Shown here piece by piece: positions 1 through 11,600 of a stretch of DNA of 33,496 nt. The notes below the pieces were generated by a model. The model worked only from the letters and a program-made list of their open reading frames with translations, was not told where the DNA came from and ran no database searches. Position numbers and translations under genes: made by a program. Location of the stretch: NCBI GenBank assembly GCA_040182905.1, contig JARQWU010000096.1, positions 1 through 33,496 of the forward strand, written 5' to 3'. The first letter of the stretch is position 1. The number at the start of each line of letters is the position of its first letter. Source of the DNA: Barthelona sp. PAP020. Taxonomy: Eukaryota.

Positions 1-10
1 TATTAAATAC
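1..10 (-). other. 5' end of a phase-1 spliceosomal intron in eIF2-gamma (truncated by the window edge)
   Basis: Minus strand reads ATT G|GTATTTAATA. It shares the GTATT donor with the PP2A intron, and unspliced reading gives an immediate TAA. Confidence 0.75.
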
Positions 11-86
11 CAATATTAATTGTAGGTTGATTCGCAATAACTTCAATGGACTCTGTGGTCAATGTATCAAAGTCAATTTCACTCAT
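11..86 (-). CDS. EIF2S3: Translation initiation factor eIF2 gamma subunit, exon 1 (gene continues off the left edge; absent from the ORF track)
   Basis: ATG at 86 reads MSEIDFDTLTTESIEVIANQPTINI-G, matching the eIF2-gamma N-terminus (human [23 protein letters not shown]) just before the G1 motif TIGHVAHGKST. The frame then hits a stop, but a GT donor lies inside the Gly codon. Confidence 0.85.
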
Positions 87-177
87 AAAGAATCAAAAAA
101 ATTGTGAAGAATCGTTTTGAAGTGTTTTTGTTTTTTATACATTTTCCACTTTTTGTTCTTTACAAGTTGGAACACAG
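87..177. promoter_or_regulatory. 91-bp divergent intergenic region (putative bidirectional promoter, eIF2-gamma/ArfGAP)
   Basis: Head-to-head ATGs at 86(-) and 178(+). The left half is A-rich and the right half T-rich. Confidence 0.55.
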
Positions 178-1206
178 ATGTCAAATTCGCTTAATGAAGT
201 AAGACGTTTATTAAAAAGACCAGATAACAAATATTGTGCCGATTGTGGTTCAAAAAATCCTCAATGGTGCAGTTATACAATAGGAAATTTTCTATGTTTA
301 CAATGTTGTGGCATTCATAGGTCATTTAACACAAGTATTTCACGCACAAAATCTGTGACGCTGGACCATTGGCCAGCTGAGATCGTAAAATATGTTGCAA
401 GTAGAGGAAACCAAATTTGTAATTCTGAATATGAAGCTACTCTACCTAAAGATTTTCAAAGACCAAGTTGGGATGATTCTGATCGTATGGTGAAATTTTT
501 ACAAGACAAATATATTCATCGAAGATGGTATTCAGATAGTACTGTTGATGTTTCCACAAAGAATAAATCTGTTATGAATAGCAATATTCAGGTTCAAAAC
601 GCAAGAGATACAACATCTATTCCATCAAAAAGAGTAGTTCAAGCGAAATCACCTAGAAAACCCGTACTCACATCGAAAGATTTATTACCTGTACCCACTC
701 CTGATTTTTTCAACGTTACGAATGACAGAACTAACAGTGCCCCTCCACCTCATGAAAAAATTAATGAGATAGACTTATTGTTTGAAGCAGATGTATCACC
801 AGGTCCTTCTTTTTTAAATATTTCTCAAAAGGACGCTATTGTCAAAACTCATTCGACAAATCGATCCCCAACACCGTCTTTATTTGATCTTTTTGATCAA
901 AACGGACAAAACTCTAAAAATAATTGTAATAGCAACAGAACTGCACAGAAATTAGATGTTCCTTCTGCAAAGAAAAGCACATCACTGTTGGATTTAATAA
1001 ATGAGTCGTCTACTGCACCTTCTCAAACTTTGGAAAGCAAAAAACCTTTGAGTCGAAGTGAAAAGGTCAATTCAGCCAAAGAATATATATTTGGAAATTT
1101 GAACAAAGCTGATCAACAACAAAATGAAATGAACAATTTTTTTTCCCTTGGCAAAACTTCCAGCAATTCTTCCTCTTCATCTGCACTAGCAGATTTGTTT
1201 TCATGA
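178..1206 (+). CDS. ArfGAP-domain protein, SMAP/Age2-like, 342 aa
   Basis: CADC-x16-CLQC zinc finger, catalytic Arg in CCGIHR, KSVTLDHW and FLQDKY motifs. The disordered tail has clathrin-box-like motifs (DLLFE, LFDLFD, SLLDL). Confidence 0.93.
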   Translation: MSNSLNEVRRLLKRPDNKYCADCGSKNPQWCSYTIGNFLCLQCCGIHRSFNTSISRTKSVTLDHWPAEIVKYVASRGNQICNSEYEATLPKDFQRPSWDDSDRMVKFLQDKYIHRRWYSDSTVDVSTKNKSVMNSNIQVQNARDTTSIPSKRVVQAKSPRKPVLTSKDLLPVPTPDFFNVTNDRTNSAPPPHEKINEIDLLFEADVSPGPSFLNISQKDAIVKTHSTNRSPTPSLFDLFDQNGQNSKNNCNSNRTAQKLDVPSAKKSTSLLDLINESSTAPSQTLESKKPLSRSEKVNSAKEYIFGNLNKADQQQNEMNNFFSLGKTSSNSSSSSALADLFS

Positions 1207-1366
1207 TTCTTATTTTTTGTATGGTTAAAAATAAATTTATATTTTACCGGCTTCTTTTTCTTTTATGGGATGAAATACATGGAAAATAGGCAATGGGAAT
1301 ATTAATAATTCGAAAATAAACAATAAGAAACATTTGAATTTTACATTTTTTTTTTTGAAACTTTTC

Positions 1367-2336
1367 TCAAAGGAAATAATCAGGAGTTGTTCTGGTTTGA
1401 TGAGGATTTCCTCTTCTTGGAGCCGGATCATACTGAATAAAAGTGTGTTTTAAATGCTCGTCCAGTTCCATAATAGCCGCTAAATTACCACATCTATAAC
1501 AATAATCAGGTGCAGAGAAAATTGTTACAACTGTTTGGTCATGAGACAATATATATCCTTCATTAGCAACTTGATGTGCTCTAACTATCAGACTAAGATT
1601 ATTATCGTGAATAAATGCATATGACATGTCTTTTCCAAAAGTAAAACCAGCACCTCTTGGAGAAACACCATAACCTTGTCCACGATCATCTGGATCTGAC
1701 CACAATAGATCTGCCATCAAACCATCATGTGGAGGCTCTTGTACACGATTAAATCCTCTAATTTCATCTAAATATCTACAAGACGGTGATAAACCACCAT
1801 GAATACCTAATATTTGATTATCAATTAAAGCCCCTAGAGGTAAATAATCAAACACATTTGTGAAATATTGCCACACATTATAATTACCATATTTCTTTCG
1901 ACATTCGTTGTAAAAACCGTATATTTGTGTGATTTGCCTTGATTCATGATTACCTCTTAACAAAGTGATTCTGTCAGGGTATCTAACTTTTAAAGCGAAT
2001 AGCAATGAAACAGTTTCAACACTAAAAACACCACGATCAACAAAATCTCCTAAAAACAAATAATTTGTATCAGGTAGATCACCACCTATTTGAAACAATT
2101 CCAATAAATCATGAAATTGACCATGAATATCTCCACAAATTGTAACTGGTGCTTTTATAATTTGTATATTGTGCTCTTTTGACAATATTTCCTTTAACTA
2201 AACATTTTAAGTTAGATTATTAACAAATAGCATATTTTAATACCCTTTCACAAATAACTTTGATTTGAGATTCTTTAATAATCTTACAATTCAATAGTTG
2301 TTCGATTTGACTATCTAATTCCGCTAAATCATTCAT
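1367..2336 (-). CDS. PPP2CA: Ser/Thr protein phosphatase 2A catalytic subunit; join(2244..2336, 1367..2197), 307 aa
   Basis: GDIHG, GDFVDRG and RGNHE motifs, YCYRCGN loop, C-terminal TPDYFL. Upstream exon [31 protein letters not shown] splices in frame to LKEILSKE, matching PP2A [33 protein letters not shown]. Confidence 0.96.
2198..2243 (-). other. 46-nt phase-0 spliceosomal intron in PP2Ac
   Basis: Sequence gtattaaaatatgctatttgttaataatctaacttaaaatgtttag: GT..AG ends, CTAAC branch site at 2211-2215, and removal restores a full-length PP2A. Confidence 0.92.
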
Positions 2337-2480
2337 TATAAACAAAAATAAATTGAGATTGTTTGCAAAGGAATAACAAAATAATAATAACAAAATCTTC
2401 TCCCCCTTCTAAAATTTTTTAATCATTCAAAAACGACTAAAATTGGAAATAAAATACAAAGAAATAGCTTTTTACAATTG

Positions 2481-3902
2481 TTAATACTCATAGGAATGAA
2501 TATTTTCGTCGTTTAGATAAAAGAAATCCACCAAATCAGCCCTGGTTTTACCAGGCACATTTTTTGCCATTCTGAAGAAATTATTCTTCGCTTCGTATTT
2601 CACAGTATCTTCTTCCTTTGCGATAATGTATTTTTCAACTTGACTATTGGTCCAATAAGAAAATCTTCTTCGGTTCCACCACAATTCCAATTTTGGGTTA
2701 TTTATTCTGTTGTTTAAATTCAAAAAGTTATATGTCTTGAAAGCAGGTTCTATTTCAGGATATCTTTTCATTTGTGGTGTGGGCGCCATTTTAGAGAAAT
2801 AATTGTTTTTGTCAATGACAATGAAACTGGGTTCTTTCCTTTCTGCATCTTCATCAGGTTCAATGGCTAATTCTATTGCAGCGGCTGCTCTTCTTGTTCT
2901 TTGTTTTTTCTTTTTAGCTTCAACTGCCGCTTCAATCAGTAAAGTTCCATGTAACTTTAATTTTTCCATTAAGTAAATTTTTCGACGCTTTAGATACATG
3001 GAAATGATATTTTCATCATGTTCTTTCTTTATTTTCGAATAATTTGAAATAATATTGTTGAAATCATCTGAAAATTTTAAATGATTTTCAAAAACTTGAT
3101 AAACACACTTTTCGACCAATAAATCTTGTTTTAAACGTCTTTGTTTATTCTTATCAATGACACTGATTTGATATTGTGTGCAATTAGGTCTATCCTTAAT
3201 AAGATATTCTTCAGGTCTTATATTTTCAGAATATTTCCATTTGTCTTGCACAAGGCTATTTTTAGAAACATTTTTAAACACTTCATAATGGCTTATATTT
3301 GCATTAGTTCGATTACATTGACTAATCACATATCCATCGTATGTAGGCTTGGTGAATATAACTTTTGTCGGCTCGTCTATCTTTTTCGTCAATACAACAC
3401 CAGTGGACAATAATTTTTCAGTCATGTCCATGTTGGTTTTTTCTTCTTCTAAAGAAATCAAACGATCATTAATTTGTTGTATCTTCGTATCAATATCAGT
3501 TATTTGTCTTTGTTTTCGAGCTTCATTATCTCTTTGAGATTCAGGTTGATATCCAGATGTGATGGTAAGATTGTTCTTTCTTCGCATCGGCATTTGAGGC
3601 GGTGGAACATACTGATGTCTCATAATACCGGCTGGAGTCCCTGGTCTCGGTCTTCTAGGATATTGATATTGAAAATTTTTAGGCTTTCTATTCATTGCAT
3701 ATTGCATTGGAGTCATCATTGGAGCCATATGTGGTCTTGCAACTTGATTATGTGGTATTTGATTGAATCTTTGTTGATTAAAGTTAGCATCATGACTGAA
3801 AGGATAAAATTGATATTGTGGAGGTCTAAAATTACCATCGGTCGGATAAGGTTTGTATGAACGCTGATTTGTATAATAATGTCCTAAATAATCTTTAGAC
3901 AT
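2481..3902 (-). CDS. NCoR/SMRT/Snt1-like SANT-domain protein, 473 aa from the first ATG (3902)
   Basis: C-terminal SANT (YWTNSQVEKY...NNFFRMAKNVPGKTRADLVDFFYL) is preceded by MAPTPQM...FLNLNNRINNP, like the NCoR deacetylase-activating domain (VIPPM...FINMNGLMEDP). Also a coiled coil (ITDIDTKIQQINDRLISLEE) and a Q/P/Y-rich N-terminus. The ORF-track start at 3992 is GTG. Confidence 0.72.
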   Translation of the reverse strand: MSKDYLGHYYTNQRSYKPYPTDGNFRPPQYQFYPFSHDANFNQQRFNQIPHNQVARPHMAPMMTPMQYAMNRKPKNFQYQYPRRPRPGTPAGIMRHQYVPPPQMPMRRKNNLTITSGYQPESQRDNEARKQRQITDIDTKIQQINDRLISLEEEKTNMDMTEKLLSTGVVLTKKIDEPTKVIFTKPTYDGYVISQCNRTNANISHYEVFKNVSKNSLVQDKWKYSENIRPEEYLIKDRPNCTQYQISVIDKNKQRRLKQDLLVEKCVYQVFENHLKFSDDFNNIISNYSKIKKEHDENIISMYLKRRKIYLMEKLKLHGTLLIEAAVEAKKKKQRTRRAAAAIELAIEPDEDAERKEPSFIVIDKNNYFSKMAPTPQMKRYPEIEPAFKTYNFLNLNNRINNPKLELWWNRRRFSYWTNSQVEKYIIAKEEDTVKYEAKNNFFRMAKNVPGKTRADLVDFFYLNDENIHSYEY

Positions 3903-4512
3903 TAATCCATTATTTGAAAAAAAAAAGTTTAAGGATTTCTTTTCTTCATTTTCATGATTTGTTTGTTTGAAATTTTCAATGGCTTTTTTCACAATTTTAT
4001 TAGTTGCTTTTGAAAATTAAGACTTCTTTATGTGAAAAAAATCAGCGTTGAAAATTACATTTATACTATCTTAAGGAAGCATATAGTATATTGAATAACA
4101 AATAAAACGAATAAAATTGAAAATAGGAATTTGTTTATAAAAAAAGATCTCATTAAATGACATTAATTGAAAAAAAGTTTGTTTGTTTGGATAGAACAGC
4201 ATTAAATATCATGCTAATAACATTTTTTTTGAGAATTTTGATTTGGTGAAAAAATGAAGGAAATAACAACTACTACTTCATAATATTTCATTCCAAAAAT
4301 AAAACAATATAAACTCAATATTGTACCTTTTCTTTATTGTTCTTCACATAAGAAAATATGATCAAAAGTACTTTGGTTTTTTTTGAACATGAATGAAATT
4401 CTGGAAAAAATAAAAAACAACTTCCAATTGTTCAAAAAAATCAAAAAACGTGACTGGCTGTTGTTCAAACCAACAATAAAGGAAAAACTTCAAAATAACA
4501 ATGAAAAGTTTG

Positions 4513-5079
4513 TTATTCAGGATTTTTACTCGTTTGTATCACAAAAACATGCGCCTCGGGAAAATATTTGTCAATAAACAGACATACCTTTTTGAAGTTC
4601 CCAATTCTTATGGGCAATCTTAATTCAGAGTCAAAATGAACCCATATTCCATCAAAATTTTTCAATGATATCCAATGATTTCCACCGTATAAAAAACGTT
4701 CTTTATTAAAATTAATTATGAGTCCAAAAGAACATTCATCAATCTTTGACAAGGATTTTCGATTGTCCCACCATGAAATTTGCATATTTAGAACATTTTC
4801 AACAGCATGTATCAAGACATTAACATCCCAATTGCCACCAAAGAAAGATTTATGAGGATTAAATCGAAAAAAACTAAAAGGAGTTAATTCATATGATATT
4901 GCGTTCAGATCATTCACTGAGAAATATTCTTCCTGTAATAAATGATTTAACGCATGTTTTAAACAATATTGTGATGTTTGTCTTTCAAAATAAAGTTCTT
5001 TCATTCGAATAGTTGGTTTAATTTCTTTTGAATTTGTTTCACAACTTTGTTTTTCACCAGTTTCATTCACAGAATTCAT
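4513..5079 (-). CDS. Josephin-domain deubiquitinase (JOSD-like, no UIM tail); start at ATG 5079 or 5004
   Basis: LYFERQ...CLKHALNHLLQ, NPHKS..GGNWDVNV, HWISL and HFDS give an intact Cys-His-Asp triad of JOSD1/2 type. Confidence 0.93.
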   Translation of the reverse strand: MNSVNETGEKQSCETNSKEIKPTIRMKELYFERQTSQYCLKHALNHLLQEEYFSVNDLNAISYELTPFSFFRFNPHKSFFGGNWDVNVLIHAVENVLNMQISWWDNRKSLSKIDECSFGLIINFNKERFLYGGNHWISLKNFDGIWVHFDSELRLPIRIGNFKKVCLFIDKYFPEAHVFVIQTSKNPE

Positions 5080-5698
5080 CAAAGTTAAAAAAAATCCATG
5101 AAAATCTGAAAAAGAACCAATTTCCTCTTTTTTATCAAATTTTCTTTTTCATAATAAAAGATTAAGATTGAATAGATGTTTATTGATGATACTTTGTATT
5201 TTTTAAATGATTTTCTTCACTGTTTTTTGTTTGCGAAATTTTCACAATCTTTCCTTATTCCAAAGAAAAAAAAAACTCCAAATGGAATATGCAGCTTTAG
5301 AAAGTAAAATAATAGTCCCTCATTTCTTATTTTTTTCTTGGTAATTCTTTTATAAATATCATGAAAATAAACTGTTTCACATGTAAACAATTGCCGTCTT
5401 CAATTGAGAGCGAAAATTTCAGTTTTGATATCTTTTATTCTTTTTTTGCACGTATTTTTTGATTCCAAATATTATAATGCATTAATAGCTTTTGAAAGTG
5501 GAATAAAATATTGGGTCCTAAAAATATAACACAAAAAATTTTCTTTTCTTCTTATACAGGATTTGATTTTAAAATTATTATATAAACATGTCATTGTATA
5601 TGCAACATGTTCTTTGTAAAATTAAGGGGATATAGATATAGGCAATCAATCCCATATTTCCATTATTTAATTATTATGGTTGAATATGTATTTATACG

Positions 5699-8600
5699 AT
5701 GTTAAACGACATTAAGTTATTATTTTTATTTGTATTATTATTTATTATTACAATAAATTGTGGTTTTCGAGGTGTTGGCGAAAACACTCATGGTAATTTG
5801 GGAAACATTACTGATTCAGATCATATAATGTATTTTAAAGATTTACCTCATCTAAATAAGTATAATTTCCAGAAAATTCATGCTTTAAAATCAACTGGAA
5901 TTGGTATTACTTTTAAAAATCAAACTTTTGGATGGGGTCGGAATTATGAAGGACAATTATGTACCAATACTCTCAGTGATGTAAGTATTTTTGAAATTAA
6001 TTTGCCATTTACACCAATTAATTTTTTTGCTTCTTGGTATGCAAATTACTACATATCAGAAAATCACACATTGTTTGGTTGTGGTGACTTATCATTATTA
6101 GGACAAGGAAATGATAGTTCTACCCCTCAATTTAGTCCGTTAAAGATTTTTGAGAATGTTTCTGATGTTTGTGGATCTTCTAGTTATGGATTATTAGTCA
6201 CAATGGATGGTGAGTTATATTCATGGGGCTATAATGTTTTTTCCACACTTGGTGTGGGTCATACAGAGGAATCCTTTTCTCCTACTCGATTGGCATATAC
6301 AGAGGATGTTAGATTCACAAAAGTTAATTGTGGGTTCACAGTTGCTTCTGCTATCACGGATACTGGTGATTTGTATATTTGGGGAGGAGTAGCATATTCT
6401 GATGCTTCTTACAATGTATACATGATAGGTAGAGACAATAATTTTGAAACACCCATAAAATTAGAACTTGTGTCAGAGGTTATTTCTGCTACTCATGGTT
6501 ATGAGCATTCTCTGTTTCATCTTTCGTCTGGAAATGTTTATGTTTTGGGTGGATATGCTCGTCATCTCATATTTTCAGATACAGATGTTCCCACTAACAT
6601 TAACAACGATGTGAGTACAGGTGGTGCTGTTATTGCTTTATATTATCACACAATCATTGTTGACAGTGGAAATTTTAAGATTGCTGGAATATCTTATGAT
6701 TATGAATTGAATGCTGGCTGCAATTTATGTCAATATTGGGGATTATCAAAAACTTTCAGTGGATTTGTTTCCAAAGTGTGGGCTGGTATGAATCAAACTA
6801 TCATTTATACCCCTGCATCATTTACAGATTCTTTTTTTATTCAATTGGAAGGTGTTGAAGAAAAAAATGTCACTGTGATATTGAATGGGAGTGATTTCAG
6901 TCCAATTGGATTTTTTGAACAAAATCAGGATAACAACATTCAATTGTATTTATTCTCAGAGAATTCTTTGCAAAAGCATTATTTTGTTAATTATTCAATT
7001 GATGATGATGTGATTATTGGTAATCTTGAATGGAATTCTCAAATTCATGGAAATTACAGTATTTATTTTTCAAATGCTTTCAGCAGTGCTTCAAAAACCA
7101 ATCATGTATCGATATATAGACCTTGTGAACAAAGTTGTGTCATGGGCTATTGTAATGACAGTGTTTGTGTTTGTTTTAGTGGGTATACAGGAGAAACATG
7201 TTCTTTACGTAAATGTTTGAATGAATGTCCAGAACATTCAAGTTGTCTTGATGGTGTTTGTGTTTGTGTTGAGGGATATCACGGTGCTTCTTGTTCATTG
7301 AAAGATTGTACCTATGAATGTATTCGAGGTGAATGTGGAGATGGAATTTGTGAATGTGAAAATTATTTCACGGGAGACAGTTGTAACATTTTAACAAACG
7401 GACACGGTTCTATTGTTGATGGTGTTTTGCAATGTACAGAAAGATATGGTGGGGTACTTTGTGATGATCTTCTAAAGATAGAGTTGTATGGGAATTTGAC
7501 TTTTTCAGTTGATGGAACCAATGCTACAATAGATGCCAGAAATCTTCAATATCTTTCGTATGAATATGATTTATACATGTTTCTTCTGAATGACCCACTT
7601 AACAATTTTACCATTCCTTGGGAATTTCAATGGGAACTTCATGAGAGTGAAAGAAGTGTTTTTGAATTTTATTGTTCAATTCAGAATACCACTTGTTTTA
7701 GTGATTCAAAAGATACGTATGGATGTTCAACAGTTATCGACAGCGTATCTAAAAATGCGACTGCAAATAATGTGACATCAGAACGTATTTGTACCAATGA
7801 TGTTGTGTTTCTAGATACTCCCTATTATTATAATGAAAATTTGATTACTTTGCACAATATTACCGTATGTACACAATGCTATTTATATGAAGAGCATATT
7901 ATTATTGACACATGGTATGAAAGATCAACTGATACTTTGATTGTTAAATTGCCAAATAAAGGTTCTAGAGATTGGCATTTTAGTTTTAGTGTTAATGATC
8001 AACCAGCAACTGACACAAATACAACTAACCTTATAATTAACAGATTTGGTCCTTCAATTGTTAATTTCGACAGTATAGTTGAAAATGATTGTGAATTTTT
8101 TGAACTCAAAGTTTTAAATATTACAACTGATGTAGTCATTGCTATTGATGAAGTTACTTACCCATATTCGTTAACAATTCAAAAGGATTCATTTTTGTTA
8201 AGAGTTTTTGATATTTATTTGTTAAACGAAAAGCATATGATAAGAATAAAAGAAGGAAATCAATATGTAGAAGAATTTTTTTCAAGTTATTCTCCAATTA
8301 TCATGAATGTTAGTGAAATTGATCGTTCTTTGGTTTTCTTCAATATTTCTATCGAAGGAAAACATTTTGCCAATGATTCAAAGGTTATTATTGAATGTGA
8401 TGCATTTAATAGTACTTTTCACCCTTTTTTTATCAATAAGACTAATATACTCATTCATAACGTATCTTTGGATCAAGGAATAACCGAAATATGCCAATTA
8501 TCTGTTCTTTCACGTAATATGACAGCAAATAAGACAGTTATTGTTTATTCAGGTTGTATTGACGATTGTAAAAGTCATGGTTCTTGTATCAAAGGAAAAT

Positions 8601-11600
8601 GCCTTTGTGATACGTTATGGGAGGGTGATTTATGTGAGTCTGTTATTTGCCCCCCTGATGTTGATACTGTTAAGTGTGTAAATGGTAGTTTAATTGATAT
8701 AAATTATCAAATTTCCATTGAAAATGTTACAGAATTTGGTTATAAACAGTATCAAAGGAATTTTTTAGTCGAAGGAAAGAATCTTTGTTTTGGTTCTTCT
8801 AAAATTGGTATTACAAGTGATTTGGACATTAATATCACTCCGATTAATGTGTCTGAGGTTGAATACAAAATTAACGTCACTACTTATAACTTGAAAAATA
8901 ACCCCAGTGAAAGCATTCACGTTCCACAGGGATATACCATTTTTGATATTGGGTTTAATTGTAATGACAGTGATTGTTCAAATGGCACACATATTGTTTC
9001 GATAGCTTCACGTAAAATTGAAGAGATTCAATATTGGACATATGTTTGTGATGGTTTGGTAATTGTTACCAATAAATCTTTAAAGTTGGAAAGAATTGAA
9101 TGGAAAAACGATATTTTTGGTTCAATAATAAATTCTTCCTTCACTATAGCACCAAATGATGTTGAATTTTTCGATTTTTTGTTTATGAATAATAAAAATT
9201 TGTTATTGGATGGTCTCCTACCCTTAAATATTGATATTATGTTGAATATCACTGTCAATAATACATTTTACAATGAAACTTTTGAAACTTTTGAAACTTT
9301 CAAAACTTTTGCGGCTGAAACTTCAATGAATGAAATTGTTTCTTTTGAATATTTGCATACAAATGACAGCAATATCATCAGTTTGCCTTTTATGTTTAAT
9401 GGTACAATTTTGTTGGATAATCAGATATTTGATGTTTATCCAATAAACAATGATCTTAGAGTTCAAAATGAAGCAGGTTTTTGTTTTAATCCCAGAAACA
9501 ATATTAGTTTTGCTTATGCAAGTACATGCGTTCTTCCATTTGTGCATTTCAACAATTCGATTGGAACTTTATACAATACTACGTACAGGAGAATAACAAT
9601 TCAAAAAGTTATGCCCATGTTTAATCTTTCAGGATTTGTTGGAACACATGAAATTAACATTTTTTTCAATGACTCCTTCGTTGAGAAGGTTAATGTTTCT
9701 TTGGGAGAATGTAGTTTTGATTCTATTGTGACCCAAAGTAATATTTCAACCCAACAGGGATTTATGTTGTTGTTTGGATATTGGGGTAGACCAGAATATC
9801 ATTTATTCAAAGATATTAAAAGCAATTGTACTTTTTTAAATTACGTGACAGATGAAATAATCAATTGTACGTTACCTGAAGGAATTGGTCAATCTTCAGT
9901 GTTTATTTCCATTCACAATTCATCACTGATTGTTGATTTCCATTATGATCTGCCTATCATTAATTATGTTCAACCAATGATTGTTTCAACGTTGGGAGAA
10001 GAGATTTTTGTTTTTGGTAACAATTTCGGACCGAATGTCTCTTCATTTGGTAATTTTGATTCTCACATAAAATATGTTAATCACACTTGTTTTAAGTATT
10101 TGGTTGAACCTGGTATTGGTATGAACATTGAAAAAATAGTTTATATTGATAACAATGAGTTAAAACTCAATATCTCTTATCAAAAACCTATCATTACCAA
10201 CGTATCATTAGTTAGTCCTCTTGGTGAAAATGTTACTGTTATTGGAAAGTATTTTGGAGTTCAGAATTTTTGTAAGGCTATATTTAATGAAACTTTCATT
10301 GGATGTTTTGTTCATTCTGATACTTTGTTAACAGTTGATGTTCCTGAAGGGGGTGGTACGCAATGGAAATTGAGTGTTATTATCGGAGAACAAGAATCAC
10401 AGCCATTCAATGTAAATTATAAAGCTCCTTGGATTAATGAAACCAAAGGAATAACTCCTCAAAAGATATTGCTTGAAAAGTCCAGGATATTTGTTTACGG
10501 ATTAAATTTTGGAGTTCTTAACCAAGGCGTTTTGAATTCTAATGCAATTTTAGAAAACCTTATTTTTCAAAATGATTCTTTGTTGATTATTGATATTGTT
10601 CCTGATTGTGATACAACCATTATTTTTAACTATACTTTATTTGATCAATCTGTTGTATTTTCAATACTTACCGATGCTCCTTTTGTTGAATTTTTATCAA
10701 AATCTCTGTTTAATACCCAAGGAGATGCTTTTTATCTTTATGGTAAAGGTTTTGGTGTGAATTTTACACTGGAGTTATCTACCTTGAATTCCTCAAATCA
10801 AACTGGGTCATTTTATGCAATCTGTGTGTCTAAAACAAGCAACGAAATTTTTTGTTGTGTCAACGAAGGTATTGGAGGTAAAATGAATGTTAGTGCTAGT
10901 ATGTGTGGACATACATTTAAATTAAATCATACGTTGGGATATAAACCGCCAAGCATAAGTTCAGTCACACCCAAATATCTTCCCTATTTTGGAAATCTGC
11001 AAATTCAGCTGTTTGGTAACAATTTTGGAAAACATAATGTAACTTTTAATTTCACAAATAATGTGACCATTTGTAGAGCAAATCAAACTTTCATCAACGT
11101 TGTTGTTCCATCTTTTCAATCTTTAGGTGTTCTTACTATCTTACTCAATGTTGGTGGTCAAAATGTCACATTTGATTTGTTGATCTATGACACCCAAACC
11201 TATACCTTTGGACAAGGTAGTTCCTTTAGACTTGGTCATGGAGACACCAAATCATATAGTATTCCAACAGTGCTGGAAGACTTTAATTTCAAGGTGTTAA
11301 AAGTGGAGGCTTCTTCATACATTTCTGTTCTTTTGACTGATGATGGAGATCTTTATTGGTGGGGATTGATCAGTCTTTTAGCTGATACTTGCGAGAACAT
11401 TGCTGTTCCAACAAAGATTGATTTTAGTAAATCTGTGAAGGATTTCAGTGTTTTTCAAGATTTTGCTTTGATTCTTACCTCAGACAACGAAGTTTATTCT
11501 TTTGGAAGCAATGCAAATCAAGCACTTGGTTTTGAAGGAGATAATACTTGCATTCCTCAAGCTATTCCTGGATTAACAAATATCAAAGCAATTGCTGCTG

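Noticed and set aside
160..180. ACAG-ATG as a trans-splice acceptor or Trichomonas/Giardia-type fused branch/3' site
   Set aside because: Only 2 of 15 starts have it and no CTAAC precedes it. The PP2A intron does not have the fused motif.
1367..2185. Non-ATG starts in the ORF track (2185, 3992, 5082, 18920, 28568, 31530)
   Set aside because: Artefacts of prokaryote-style calling. Each is explained by a nearby in-frame ATG or, for PP2A, an upstream exon.
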